A DNA stretch of 64,000 nucleotides, taken from contig NW_003314314.1 in assembly GCF_000143415.4 (NCBI RefSeq), positions 1,347,840 to 1,411,839 on the forward strand. Direction: 5' to 3'. The notes beneath the pieces were generated by a model. It was not told the DNA's origin. It saw nothing but the letters and a program-made list of their open reading frames with translations, and did not search any database. The DNA comes from Selaginella moellendorffii (Eukaryota > Plantae > Lycopodiophyta). The position numbers and the translations under genes were made by a program. This document shows positions 50,421 to 62,925 of the stretch, in pieces. Position 1 is the stretch's first letter. Each line of letters begins with the position of its first letter.

Positions 50421-53400
50421 TTGCAAAAGCGTTCCTCAAAGGATTGGGATGGAAAGTTCCTGACTGCGAGGGCCGCTCAAAAAGCAGCTAAGAGGGGATG
50501 TCGGACCTTTTGGGTTCAAGTGATGGAAGTGGAGAGTGTGGATGACTCTGTTCGAATTGGCGACGGGGTTGATCCTGTACCAAAGAAGATATTGGAGTTG
50601 TTGGCGCAGAATCAGGATATCTTCCCGAAGGATTTGCCACCAGGGCTACCCCCTAGCCGTGAGGTTGATCATCGGATTGAAGTTATTCCGGGTTCTAAAC
50701 CACCTACGAAAGCTCTGTATCGGTTGAACATCAAGGAGATGGCTGAACTCAAGAAGCAACTCACGGAGCTTCTTGACAAAGGTCATATCCGACCCAGCAA
50801 GTCACCTTATGGAGCACCAATCCTTTTTGTTATGAAAAAGGATGGAACCATGAGGATGTGTATTGACTATCGGGCACTCAATAAGATCACGGTCAAGAAC
50901 AGTTATCCTTTGCCTCGCATTGATGACTTGTTTGACCAACTCTTAAAGGCTAAGTATTTTACACGACTTGATTTGCGGTCCGGGTATCATCAGATACGGG
51001 TGGCGGATCAGGATGTGGAGAAGACAGCCTTTAAGACTCGGTACGGATCTTATGAGTTCCTTGTCATGCCATTCGGGTTATGCAATGCTCCGGCAACGTT
51101 CAGCACTATGATGGATAGAATATTCGGAGATTATTTGGACGCATTTGTTGTCCTATACATCGACGATGTTCTAGTCTTCAGCGAAACGTTGGAGGATCAT
51201 TTGAAACACTTGGAGCTAGTGTTTCGGAAGTTGCGCGAACACAAACTGTATGCTAAGGAAAGTAAATGCGCTTTTGGTCAATTGCGTGTAAACTTTCTCG
51301 GACATATAGTTGGTGGTGGTGTGATTGAAGTCGATCCAAAGAAAGTGGAAGCGGTGAAGTCTTGGCAAATCCCGACCACTGTATCAGATGTTCGTTCCTT
51401 TCTCGGTTTGGCGGGATACTATCGCAAGTTTGTCCGCAATTTTGCAAGGATTGCTCTTCCGTTAACTGAGTTGACGAAGAGTAGCATTCCGTTTCATTGG
51501 ACACCAGCTTGTCAGCGTGCTTTTGTACGGTTGAAGGAGATCTTGACTACGGTTCCTGTTCTCAGGATCCCAGATCTTGATAAACCCTTCGAAGTGCATT
51601 GTGATGCATCTGGCTATGCTATTGGTGCCGTGTTGCAGCAAGATTGTGACAAAGCGATTGGTGTTACGCTAAGGCGACATGGTTGTCCCGTTGCGTTCTA
51701 TTCCAAGAAATTGGATGAAACCCAACGAAGATGGCCAACGCATGAGAAAGAGATGTTTGCTATAGTGTCGGCCCTGGAACACTGGAGACACTACTTGGGT
51801 GGACACACCAAGGTTTATACAGATAGTAACACACTAAGCTACTTTGCTACGCAGCCTAAGCTTACGCCGAAGCAAGCTCGTTGGCAAGAGAAGCTTGCTA
51901 GATATGATATTGAAATCATATATAAACCTGGTAAAGATAATATTGTTCCGGATGCGTTGAGTCGTCAAGCTCAATTCCGGGCAATATCAGCAATCAGTTC
52001 GGACTGGTTGGAAGACGTTCGGGCTTCATATGGAAGTGATCCATTGGCGAAGGCAATCTTATGCCGTGCGGGGTTGTTGAAGCAGAGCCCTGGTAGCGAA
52101 GCAGCAAAAGTTGCTAGTCGCACTAATGCGAAACTTCACTTCTCAGTTCGGGATGGGCTTATATTCTATAAGCAAGAAAGATTGTATCTTCCCTCTAAGG
52201 ATCTTCAGCAGTTATTTCTGCGGGAACATCATGATGTTCCGGCAGCGGGACATGGTGGACAGCGAAAGACTCTAGCTTCATTGAAAAAGGGATTTTTCTG
52301 GTCTGGTATGGAAGGCGATGTAGTGGACTATGTCCGTTCCTGCCCTATATGCCAGCAATGTAAGCGCAAAGCTGAGAAGCAGGCTGGAAAGTTGCAGTGC
52401 ATTCCAGCACCGGCATGGCCATTTCAAAGTGTGACACTTGATTTCGTCACTTGCTTGCCGAAGTCTAAGGGTTATGATACTTTGATGGTGGTTGTGGATC
52501 GGTTGTCAAAGATTGCACACTTCATTCCAACTGTGGGAACAGTGAATGCGAAACAAGCAGCAAAGCTCTTTTTCCATGAAGTAGTGCGAGTTCGTGGTCT
52601 TCCTGAAGAAATGATCTCAGATAGAGATTCGAGGTTTACGGGGAAGTTTTGGGGAACCCTATTCCAGTTGTTTGGTACCAAATTGAAGTTTAGTACGGCT
52701 TATCATCCTCAAACGGATGGGCAAACCGAACGCGTGAATGCTCAAGTTGAGGATTATCTACGGTACTATGTCGCGGCGGACCAACGCGACTGGGTTGAGC
52801 ATTTGGATACAGCAGAAATCTGTTATAACAACACATTTCACAGCGCTATAGGCTGTTCTCCATGGGAGATGCTGCAAGGGAATGCTCGTGGGGTTCCTCA
52901 ACAGATTGTTGTCCCGAAACCAATGACTGAAGTGTTGGTCCCAGCCGTTGAAACTTATGCGGAGCAGCTCCGCCAAGGTTGGTCTAGAGCTACCGAGGCG
53001 ATGGGCAAAGCTCAGGATAGGTATCGACGTGATAAGGATCAGCATCGTCGGAATGTATCCTATCAAGTGGGAGATCAGGTGTGGCTATCTTCCCGAAACT
53101 TGAACATTAAGGGTTCTTTGTCTCGGAAGCTCTTGCCGAGATATGTTGGACCCTATCGGGTGCTAAAACGCATTGGTGATGTATCCTATCGGTTGGATCT
53201 GCCTGTGGAGATGTCCAATGTTCATAATGTATTTCATGCCAATCTATTGGCTCCTTACACTATGGATGATGCACGTCAAGGGGAGATTCATCCGCCACCA
53301 GATGTTGTGGACGGTGAACCTGAATACGAAGTTGAAAGCATTCTGGCTTGTCGCCGGAAACGTGGTGGTCGTGCAAAGGAATATCTCGTTAAGTGGAAAG

Positions 53401-53495
53401 GTTACCCGACCTGTGAATCAACTTGGGAACCTCTTAGTAATCTTACACATGCTCGTGAGCTTGTCACGGAGTATGAGAATCGTAATAAAGATTAG
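50421..53495 (+). CDS. pol: Pol: RT, RNase H, integrase, chromodomain (in frame with gag after one TAG)
   Basis: LPRIDDL, MPFGL, YIDD, CDASG, HHCC zinc finger, ISDRD...GQTER, GPY, YEVESIL...YLVKWKGY...STWEP. Confidence 0.95.
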   Translation: MQKRSSKDWDGKFLTARAAQKAAKRGCRTFWVQVMEVESVDDSVRIGDGVDPVPKKILELLAQNQDIFPKDLPPGLPPSREVDHRIEVIPGSKPPTKALYRLNIKEMAELKKQLTELLDKGHIRPSKSPYGAPILFVMKKDGTMRMCIDYRALNKITVKNSYPLPRIDDLFDQLLKAKYFTRLDLRSGYHQIRVADQDVEKTAFKTRYGSYEFLVMPFGLCNAPATFSTMMDRIFGDYLDAFVVLYIDDVLVFSETLEDHLKHLELVFRKLREHKLYAKESKCAFGQLRVNFLGHIVGGGVIEVDPKKVEAVKSWQIPTTVSDVRSFLGLAGYYRKFVRNFARIALPLTELTKSSIPFHWTPACQRAFVRLKEILTTVPVLRIPDLDKPFEVHCDASGYAIGAVLQQDCDKAIGVTLRRHGCPVAFYSKKLDETQRRWPTHEKEMFAIVSALEHWRHYLGGHTKVYTDSNTLSYFATQPKLTPKQARWQEKLARYDIEIIYKPGKDNIVPDALSRQAQFRAISAISSDWLEDVRASYGSDPLAKAILCRAGLLKQSPGSEAAKVASRTNAKLHFSVRDGLIFYKQERLYLPSKDLQQLFLREHHDVPAAGHGGQRKTLASLKKGFFWSGMEGDVVDYVRSCPICQQCKRKAEKQAGKLQCIPAPAWPFQSVTLDFVTCLPKSKGYDTLMVVVDRLSKIAHFIPTVGTVNAKQAAKLFFHEVVRVRGLPEEMISDRDSRFTGKFWGTLFQLFGTKLKFSTAYHPQTDGQTERVNAQVEDYLRYYVAADQRDWVEHLDTAEICYNNTFHSAIGCSPWEMLQGNARGVPQQIVVPKPMTEVLVPAVETYAEQLRQGWSRATEAMGKAQDRYRRDKDQHRRNVSYQVGDQVWLSSRNLNIKGSLSRKLLPRYVGPYRVLKRIGDVSYRLDLPVEMSNVHNVFHANLLAPYTMDDARQGEIHPPPDVVDGEPEYEVESILACRRKRGGRAKEYLVKWKGYPTCESTWEPLSNLTHARELVTEYENRNKD

Positions 53496-54103
53496 CTTTT
53501 GTAAATCTTGTAATCCATCTTGCAAATCAATAAAGTAATCTATTTCTATAAATCAAAATGTCGTTTCTCTCGTTCATTCATACTTGGGTCAGTTTTGGCA
53601 GGCTGACTTCGGCACTTCGGTGCATGGGTCCAATCCATAACCATGGGGATAACTATTATAGACTGATCACAAGTCCCCGCCTCTCTCTCGATGACTCATT
53701 TTCGAAAAGGGGCGTGATCGTGTAAACAACTTAATCTGCCAGTTTATAGTAGTTATCTAAATCTTCCCGACGGGGTTGATTTCTTGCTCAGGGGAAGTTG
53801 GGCCTCTGGCCCTCTCCCTATGTCCCTGCGGGCAGGGATGTATCATTCCTTTGTAAGCCGAGTGGTACTCGGAGCAGCAAGGGTGGCTAACTTTGCTAGT
53901 CATTTCCTTGTCGGTGACGGCCGGAGGGTGTCTGAGTCTTAACGTCTTTAGACGTAGAGGAGAGGTCGTTCCATAACTCATTTAAGTCGGTGCGTTTCCC
54001 ACATAGTGTGCTTTCCGTTAACTTTCGGAGTTGTTTCCTTGACGGTTTGCTAGACTCGGGTATGCATCGACGAGGACATCGATCTTCCCCAAGGGGGGGA
54101 GAG

Positions 54104-55019
54104 TGTCGCGAATGTGACTTCGGGTATCAAAAGATGCTTGTCAGCCAGTCCTTACGGGCACTCTTTCCTTACTGCCACGATGGCAGGAGGTTGGTACTGC
54201 TGGTTCCTTTTATGGTCTCCACTCAAGCTAGTTGAGAAACTGGTCATCGCATGTGCACTTGACCAGATGAGCATAAGGACGGAATTCCTACATGCTATTT
54301 GTCAAGCATACTTGACCTGGTTAGAGAAACTCATTCGTTGACTTGCACTTGCTAGTGTTGGGAACCCCTGCGATATTGAGACTAGTCCCTCAATATTCGC
54401 TAGATGATAGCTTACCGTGTCTGCCAAACACCCTCGCTATCATACCCTTTGTGTTGGTCTCATTTCGGTCCCAAATGCTATTTATGGAAAGTGTCTAGAT
54501 TAGCTCATGTGGCATATCTACGAAATGTAGAGATCGGCCTGAACACAATGGTGTTCGTCCCGTGCCCAAATTCGCAATCTAAGGACATTCCATATTTAGT
54601 AAGTTTCGGACTTGTCCAAGAGACTAACTCCTGGTACTAAGGGAGGCTTGGGGTGAAAGCCCAAAGCGTGTGTCCCTCAAGGGGGGGGGGCTGTGGGGGG
54701 TTCCAAATGTATAGTAGGGATAGTGGTTGGAATGCATGTCCGACCACCTGAGACATTAGTTTGGCTCCCGCTGGGCTGTGTCGCTCCTTGTTCTGCGTCC
54801 GGCTTGGGTCTAAGCCCAAGCTCCACGCTGCTCTAGTCAGTGGAGTACCCTCCTCCTTGCGTTAGGCCACCGGTATGCCAAAATTGTGCCAGACTCCGTC
54901 TGACAACATTTTGCGTGCAGGTGCTGGATACGGGGAGCTGGTGCTCGTGGGATTGCACCGGACCCTCGTTTCGTAGCGCAACGGGCTTGGAGTTCGGCTC
55001 CAAATTCAGGTGCGCTACA
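54104..55019 (+). repeat. 3' LTR
   Basis: Direct repeat of 47694-48609. Confidence 0.97.
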
Positions 55020-56714
55020 TTATCATTATGATCATGTTAAAATTTACAATTATGATTACAACTCTTTAAAATAACTAAAACATCAGAAATAAACAAAATG
55101 CTCCTAGTGTAGCTGAGACTTTAGTCACTAATTTTCATTGCTCCCAGCATTAATAATGTTATTATACTATATTAAATATGGTACCATCAACAAAAAATAA
55201 TAATTTTATTATTTTTGTGCTATATCTAAATTTACAAAAAAATATTAATATTTTTTACAATCTATGTTTTTCTATAATCATGTTCTGATTTATATAAATT
55301 CTTTTTTTATTAATTTAATTTTTAAGTTTATATTTGAACTGAAATTTTCTAAATTGTTAGTTTTATATGATTTAAAATCCATTGGCTAGAGATAATGTTG
55401 AATAAAATTATTGCAAATTTCAAACTTTATTAAAGCTTTTAAAGTCATAACTTCCATAATCTTTTATAATCATAACTTCTAGCATGATATCACCTAATTA
55501 TAATCCTGATGAAGAATAGTTTATTATTTTCAACTTTATTCTTAACAATCTATATATTTAATAGGGAGTTTTTCTACTACTTTATAACCTAAATCTCTTT
55601 TCATGAGCTGTTCATTTAGACCACTCTTTTTAACATTTTGAATTCTTATTTCTATAAAATTTCCTTCTTATTCTATGTTTTTTCTTCTCAAGTATTTTTT
55701 CTTTTCATCATTTAAATTTTATAGTAGTTATCTTTTATATTATAGGTTACAAATGTCTTACACTCTTGATCTATTGGTAAAGTACTTCTTTATTATGGGT
55801 GTATTAATAGTTTTTTAATTTTTAGGATATTATTAAGAAATGGATTTGATATTTGTATGTGTATAACATACCTTATATCTATTACATACCAAGAATCATT
55901 CTCTATTGTCATGAGGTTTAATATAAATGTGGTAGCATTTAGGACAAATTTACTTAGTGGGTTTAATAGTAATGCAGAGCTCAGGTAGCAAATTTGAATA
56001 TTAAAATATAAAAATGTAATATTAGGTTTGTAGAAGTTTATTAGTTAAAAACCAGATAATGGATTTGGTATTTGAAGCAAGAAAGAAAATATAAAGATGT
56101 TGCTACTCTTTTGAAATATATATTAATATTAATATTAAAAATAAATTTATTTTTACCAATTAGAGAAATATTTGGTGTTATATACATCTGAAAAAATAAA
56201 TTATTGAGGATATCTCGAAATATTAGTATTTTTATAAGTAAGAATAATGATTAAATCATTTTTAGTCTTCAAGATTAGCTTTTTTATAGCATCCATCTTA
56301 AAATTAATATAACTCATTTGATGTTGTCGAGATTGCATTGAGTTATGCATCCAAGTCAACTGTGAGAATTGCATGTCCCTTGCTGAGCTTGGCAAAGTTT
56401 CTTGAGTCAGAGTTCTCCTTGTTTGATATCTCCTACCTGGCTGTAAGTTCCTTGGCACAATGCTCTTGGCTGCCATGGAATCAAAGACGTGCTGGTTGTG
56501 TTCTTTGCTCTCCACACACGGACATCGAGAGACTTGGTGTTGGTTTGGGTGAATCCAATTTCTATCAGAATGGAACCAGCTCATTGCTGCTGATCCAAAA
56601 CCAGTTTTTTTCATGTTCAACAGCATCACCACCATCACAAGGATCACTTTGCAAAGCCACCATTGCTAAAATCCCAGCAGGCCAAAAGTAGAATCTGGCA
56701 TGCAAAGGATGAGG

Positions 56715-56920
56715 CTGGGAATCCCGAAATCCTGTGCTCTTGTTGCAGCAAGTTGAAGGTAGGGACTTTGTTCTTTGTGTCGTCTGAGAATTCTAAGCGA
56801 GTTTCTGGCTCTTTCTCATTTTTTTCTCTCTTTTGTGTTTGGTAGTATGCTCATCAAAAGTGTGTGTAGCACTGGTGCAATGAAAAAGAGGACACCATCT
56901 GCGAGATTTGTCAGCAGGTA
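56715..56920 (+). pseudogene. RING-CH (RINGv) E3 ligase fragment
   Basis: CSCCSKLK|YAHQKCV*HWCNEKEDTICEICQQ split by an intron, with an internal stop. Confidence 0.75.
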
Positions 56921-57865
56921 CATCATCTGTTGTCATGTTTGCTGATTTCAATCATTCTTTAGTTTTGAATGCAGCCGAGGTAGAGCTCCATTCCTGAGAG
57001 TTATGACACAACACTTAAGAACGTAGCTGCATTCAAAGCAGCACTGCAAGTGTTGGTTTTTCAAGCTCATCGGGAAGAGACACCCTAACACCAACTTGTC
57101 ACTGCATGATGTTTGTGATTTTCTTGCTCAATCTGGTTGTGAGAAAAAACAAAAGCCGTAAAAGGCACTGCTTAGAATCAAAGATGTAAGTCTCAGTAGC
57201 AACTGGTAGTAGTAACAGGGTAAGGAACTTTGTTGTTCATGCCGGCTGAGATTTCTAAGCAAGTTTCTGGCTTACCTTGCTCTTGTTCAATGATTCTTTT
57301 GATAATTTTTTCGTTTCTTTTTCTTTTTCTTGGTGTCTGGTGCCTCACCTCTGTTTTGCAACCTTTTAAATGCTACACAGCACCAGTCCAAACTCCTGCT
57401 GCTCTTATTGCTCTCTACATGATGACCACTTGAGGTATGTGTAGTCTTTTCCTTGACGTGCTCACTCGATTCCTCATCATTTAGTTTATAAAGTTTTACA
57501 GTAGTGCTGCTTTTTTCATTGAGCAATTTCTGTGAAGCTGAGGTAGAGCTTCATTCCTGAGAATTGTGCTTAAGAACTTTTATAGAAGAGTCACCAAACT
57601 GTCACTACTACCATTGCTGCATGATGTTTGTGATTTTGTGGCTTAAACTTGTCGTGAGAAAAACCAGTTAGTGCAGGAAAAAAATGACTAAAAAGGTATG
57701 AAGGACTTGCAAACCTGGTAAAGCTGTAGAATACATAGATTGGAATCAAAACTGTAAGTCTAAATAGCAACCTATAAAATAAACATGCAAAGAGAAAGCA
57801 AAAAAAAGAAATAGATTGAACAATTACAATTACATTTTTACAAATTGAAAATATTCTCTATTACT

Positions 57866-57891
57866 CCCAGCGGAGCTGGGATCCTTGCTAG
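57866..57891 (+). mobile_element. Helitron 3' terminus
   Basis: CCCAGCGGAGCTGGG hairpin, ATCCTTG spacer, CTAG followed by T. Confidence 0.85.
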
Positions 57892-58589
57892 TCCTTCTAT
57901 ATTTAAAAGAGTAAGGGCGACATATTCAATCGAGATTCTTTTCGAGCTTAATGGTGGAGATGAAGACACGTGGGAAAAACAGTTGAGAGTGGAACGCTTC
58001 ACAAAATCCAACTGTCCAAATCTGTGACGATTGATATAGACAGCCAAGATGGCAATATGGGAGGTACTGTTTCAATTCTAGATTTGCAACCGCTCCATCG
58101 ACTGGGAGGGAATGCTTTGCTTCAGTATGCTTTGCAGATTGATATGTAGATGGTACGTTTCATTTATCCTATTTCTAACCCTAGGAAGGGATTTGTCTCT
58201 GTTTGTAGAGTTCGTAGAATTATCGAGTTCGTGAAGAAATCATCCTTCTATATTTAAAGAGTAAGGGCGACATATTCAATCGAGATTCTTTTCGAGCTTA
58301 ATGGTGGAGATGAAGACACGTGGGAAAAATAGTTGAGAGTGGAACGCTTCACAAAATCCAACTGTCCAAATCTGTGACGATTGATATAGACAGCCAAGAT
58401 GGCAATATGGGAGGTACTGTTTCAATTCTAGATTTGCAACCGCTCCATCGACTGGGAGGGAATGCTTTGCTTCAGTATGCTTTGCAGATTGATATGTAGA
58501 TGGTACGTTTCATTTATCCTATTTCTAACCCTAGGAAGGGATTTGTCTCTGTTTGTAGAGTTCGTAGAATTATCGAGTTCGTGAAGAAA
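57892..58589 (+). repeat. Tandem duplication of a ~350 bp Helitron 5' terminal segment
   Basis: 57892-58239 is nearly identical to 58243-58589; the first ~110 bp match the reverse complement of 34275-34382. Confidence 0.9.
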
Positions 58590-59099
58590 CGAGTCACACT
58601 TATGGAAAAAGTACTCAACAGAGAATATCATCTGGTAAAAGAGTCTCAACCCCCTATCTTCGTCCCTGCAATTCTAACTTGAGATGTTCCTGGATGACCA
58701 AGATATTCCGACTAAATGCAGCAACGGCGGCGTCGAGCCTGGTGAGGGACCAAAAAACCTCCTACCAAAAGCCGCAACCTACATTTGTTCCTTATCCAAC
58801 ACATTTGAGTAAGTTCCTTCGATTTAGACACTAGAAAAAACTCTAACGCGTTCTTTTTTGGACAGCTCCGGAAGAACTCCTGGGAACGGCACTGGATAAC
58901 GATCCTAAGCGGCTGAAAGTCCCAGCCTATTACAACGAGGTTGTGTTTGTTTCTCCATTTGCAAAGGTTTGAGAGGCTCACGGCTTTCTCTGTGTCGCCA
59001 TAGTTGTGCTGGATGATCAGCGAGAACAGGCTCGACGCCTTCCAGACTTATGCTGGGAAAAAAATCGCCGGCATCCGCCTGCGCAGGTGCATTCGACAG

Positions 59100-60685
59100 A
59101 TCGACGTGCTCTGCTCGGAAATGCGATGAGGAATGGGAGTGAAAGGCGAAGAGGCTATGGTGGATGGAGCTCACGACAGGGACAACGTCTCGGACAACGA
59201 GGGGATTCACGTTGGCATCGACGACTAGAATCAAGGTTCTTCACTCTTCTGGTGGGATTGCGCATGGACGTACACCTGGAGCAAGTGATGCAAGGAACAC
59301 ACCCTTCTCCTCGAGACAGCCACAGCTCAACGGCCGTCAGGTCTAAGCTCTATGTGTTTGGTGGTACCGATGGAACCAGCCCGCTCAACGATCTCTTTGT
59401 TTTGCATACTGGTAGGCTCCGAGTTCTATCGATTTTTTTTTCTTGTCCTTATCATCTGATGCAGCTATCAACACCTGGAGGAAACCCGACGTTTTTGGTG
59501 ATGTTCCTGCTCCGAGAGAAGGACATAGCGCGTCTCTCATCGGTGACAACCTGTTCGTGTTTGGGGGATGTGGGAAATCCAGCGATCCCTCAGAGGAGTA
59601 GTACTACAACGACCTCCATGTTTTGAACACGAGTAATATCCTGTTATCTTCCTTGTTTTCTTCTAAACTTTTTTTTTCCTGTAGATACTTTTGTCTGGAA
59701 GAAGATTTCTACCACTGGAGTCTCGCCTATTCCTCAGGATAGCCATACCTGCTCTTTCTATAAGAACTGTTTCGTTGTCATGGGTGGCGAGGACGGTGGT
59801 AATGCCTATCTAAACGACGTTTATATTCTGGACACAGGTACATACATTGTGCTGGTTTTAAACTTGCGAATTCATTTGCGTTTCCAGAAACAATGGCATG
59901 GCGGGATGTAAAGACGACTGGTGCGGAGCTGATGCTAAGAGCCAGGCACACACAACAATCAGCCATGGAAAGTATCTCGTCGTGTTTGGAGGATTCTCCT
60001 ATGATCACAAGCTATTCAATGACGTCCATACTCTCGACTTAAGTACGTGAGTCTCTCATGGGGCTTTTACGTATTTTGTAGCAACTGGTGTTTGGGCAAC
60101 TTCGAATCCCTCTGGTCCCGGGCCTTCTCCACGTTTCTCCCTTGCAGGAGATTCCGTGGACGCAGAGTGAGGCATATGATTCTTCTATGGGGGATGTAAC
60201 GAAGAGCTTGAAGCTCTGGATGACATGTATTTCCTCGACACAGGTTGGCTTCTTCTTTAATTGACATTGCTGCCATTCTTGACAATATGGTTGCCGTTTT
60301 TCTGTGAAGAGATGCTGAGGGGGAAATATCCATCAGAACCAAAGCTATCCATGCGTAAGGAACTTAAGAGAAGGCGGCAAGAGTATCGTGCCACGCCATT
60401 CGTGCTAGACAAGCAACGGGATGCAGACAAGAGCTTGGTTTCATCTCACGGAGGTATCTGCAGAAAAACTTGGACCTCTCCAATTTTTCCCTGTCAAACT
60501 CATGCTACAGAGTTTCAAGCTCATGTTCAGCTGCTAGGCGAGAAGATGTTCGAGGCTAGAGTAAGCGACATATTCAACTACGGATACATATTAGAAGCGT
60601 CCATCAATGGGAAGCTTATCTGTGGGCTGCTCTTCTCATACAAGCCTGGCTTTGCTCAGGCAGTGCAATCTTACATGGCGAGATT
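59100..60685 (+). pseudogene. Kelch-repeat (galactose oxidase/kelch) gene copy, disabled
   Basis: PSPRDSHS...LYVFGG, APREGHSA...LFVFGGCG, C-terminal FEARVSDIFNYGYILEASINGK; introns retained; in-frame stops (e.g. TAG near 59599) and frameshifts. Confidence 0.85.
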
Positions 60686-62704
60686 TGTTTCGTTTGATTC
60701 TCAGTTACTCTCAATGAAACACTGCAACTTGCAAAAATATCCCCAATGGTCTTTAGAAGAGCCTTGTTAGACCTCGAGTTTAATAGTGAGTCTCCTTCTT
60801 CTCTCAAGTGATGTTCAAGTGATTTGAAAGCGTGGCTAAGCCAAGTACATATGGATCCACCCTGATCCGGAAAAGTTCAATCCAGCTGGGAGGTACGAGA
60901 TTCTCACCCATGCTCTGTAACTCTGGCTGGGATTTTTAACTAGAAATATGGAGCATCTCCATTCACGTTCACACCCTTTGGGATGGGAAATCGAACTTAC
61001 AAACTTGCCAAGCTTCAAATCTTCATTGTCGTCCATTACTTCGTTATTACAGGTAAAGATCCATTATTTGTGCCATTATTCCTTTATCTGGGGTTTGAGG
61101 TGGACTGCCTTAGCAAATTTTCTTACTTGCCACATCCAAGACCACGAGACTTCTATTCTGTAAGAGTTTCAAAACTTCTGTAGTTATAAAAGAAAAAAGT
61201 ACTTTACTGAATTGTACCTCATACAATATGATACCTTATGCATTCTCATGCCTCCACTATTCTAATTTGTCCCTGTCACTTATTGACTTATCACAAGGAG
61301 CGAATCCTTCTTTGAAGTCACTGCCTCAACAGGATGAAACTCAAAGACAAGAAGATACTCAAAGGCAGGCTTGCCAAGTACATTGTAGAGGCTGTTTGTA
61401 AGTCCCAAATGTTTCTCATCACAGGTCTTTGGAGGACATGCATAGCTTTTATGACCATGGACCAAATGTTGAGAACAGCAGCATCATCAAGAAGAGTTGC
61501 AGTCTAGCATTTAATTTGTCTCAAATCTGGCACAAGACAATAAGGTTGTTAAAAATAAGGTCTTCATTTATTTTTTAACTAAGTCCTGTTTGCACAGCAA
61601 TACAATGCATCAGGAGCTTGCTGGAAACTATGATTTACAGAGTTTCCAAGAAGGTATGAGATTCACGCTGATTACAGCAAATAACTATCAGGTACACTTT
61701 TAGTGTTTTCGCTCATGGGTCGTGATCTCCCTTATCTTGAGTTTAGAGAAGCCTGCAAGCATCACCAGATTCTAAGAACTCAGCAGCCAACTATGTGTGT
61801 CTTTGGAGGCTGCCATTATAAGTACTTTTTCTTTAAATTTTATATAACCTTCACTGCTATGGATTCTGTGAATGGCATTTTCAGGACCCCATGTTCCTCC
61901 TCTTCCTCCATCTTTCTAAAATTAATGCAGACAATTTCAAGATTAGCAATGTGCTGAAATCATAAGTCAAGCTTGCCATTGTGTATGTTCTTCAACAGGA
62001 AGTTGTCCAGGCCCAAAGGACGCTGAGTGTTCTTCTGTAGAAGGTTTTCCAGGCCTAAAGGGTGATGCAACCCTTTTGGTGGTAGGGATTCGTGTGTGCA
62101 ACCAGACAACGTACTCCATGTTTGCCAAAAGCATTATAGCTTTAGATTGAAGGCTGCAAAATAAACTGGTCTTACTAATATGACTGCTTGGCCACTTCTC
62201 ATGGAAAAGACATGTTTATGAAAAGTTTGCTTCCCTTATATGTAGTAAAGAATATATTTTGATACTATTGGTGTTTGTTAGCTAAAGGTATTGGGCAAAG
62301 AAACTTTTTATCCAGATAATACTCTAAAGCTCTACTTACGGGTGGTGGAGTTCTGGAAATCTGGTCACAACACTTGAGGTTATTGTTTGTCTTTTAAAAG
62401 TAATAGTTGCTGCTATGTAAGTCTATAAGGTATTCATAATGGGACTCATTGAGATCTGGAAAGATCATACTTAAAGCTTTGTAGACAACTTTTTCCTTAC
62501 AAATTACATTTAACGAAGATTGAGTAATTAAAAACTATTCACTCCATAAAGAGGGAAATTAATTATAGATTAAAATTTAAAAAGAGTTATATTTTTTCAA
62601 AAGAAGATACACATTATCATGGATTATGATGTTGTATTGATGAACTTGGTCTTTTGTCTTGGCTCTTCTGTATTTGCCAAGTGAGTATTTCCGAGCTATG
62701 ACTC

Positions 62705-62925
62705 GATTTCTGATGTTGAAGCATGTGAAGCTTTTATGCAGTTTTGGTCAGAGTCTAGAACAATTCACTGGATCTTTGCACGGAAACACGGGGAACATTT
62801 GAAATAACCCAGCACTTGAGGTGATATGCTCATTAACGTTTGTGATTTGTTTATCTCGAGGCATCTTTTTTTAGGCACTTTGAGCATTGACTTACACGGG
62901 AACTTTCATTGGTGGGGGTAACGAT
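62705..62925 (+). repeat. Inverted copy of ~38795-39012 (RPA-like region)
   Basis: tctgatgttgaagcatgtgaagcttttatgcag... matches the reverse complement. Confidence 0.85.

Larger units (their letters stand above)
47694..55019 (+). mobile_element. Full-length Ty3/gypsy chromovirus (Galadriel-like), 7326 bp
   Basis: TTATC TSD (47689-47693, 55020-55024); 916 bp TG...CA LTRs; PBS TGGTATCA (48612-48619); PPT AAGGGGGGGAGAG (54091-54103); gag-PR-RT-RH-INT-chromodomain order. Confidence 0.97.

Noticed and set aside
53685-53712. Hammerhead ribozyme core (CGATGA...CGAAA)
   Set aside because: Lacks the canonical CUGANGA and a convincing stem II and cleavage triplet.
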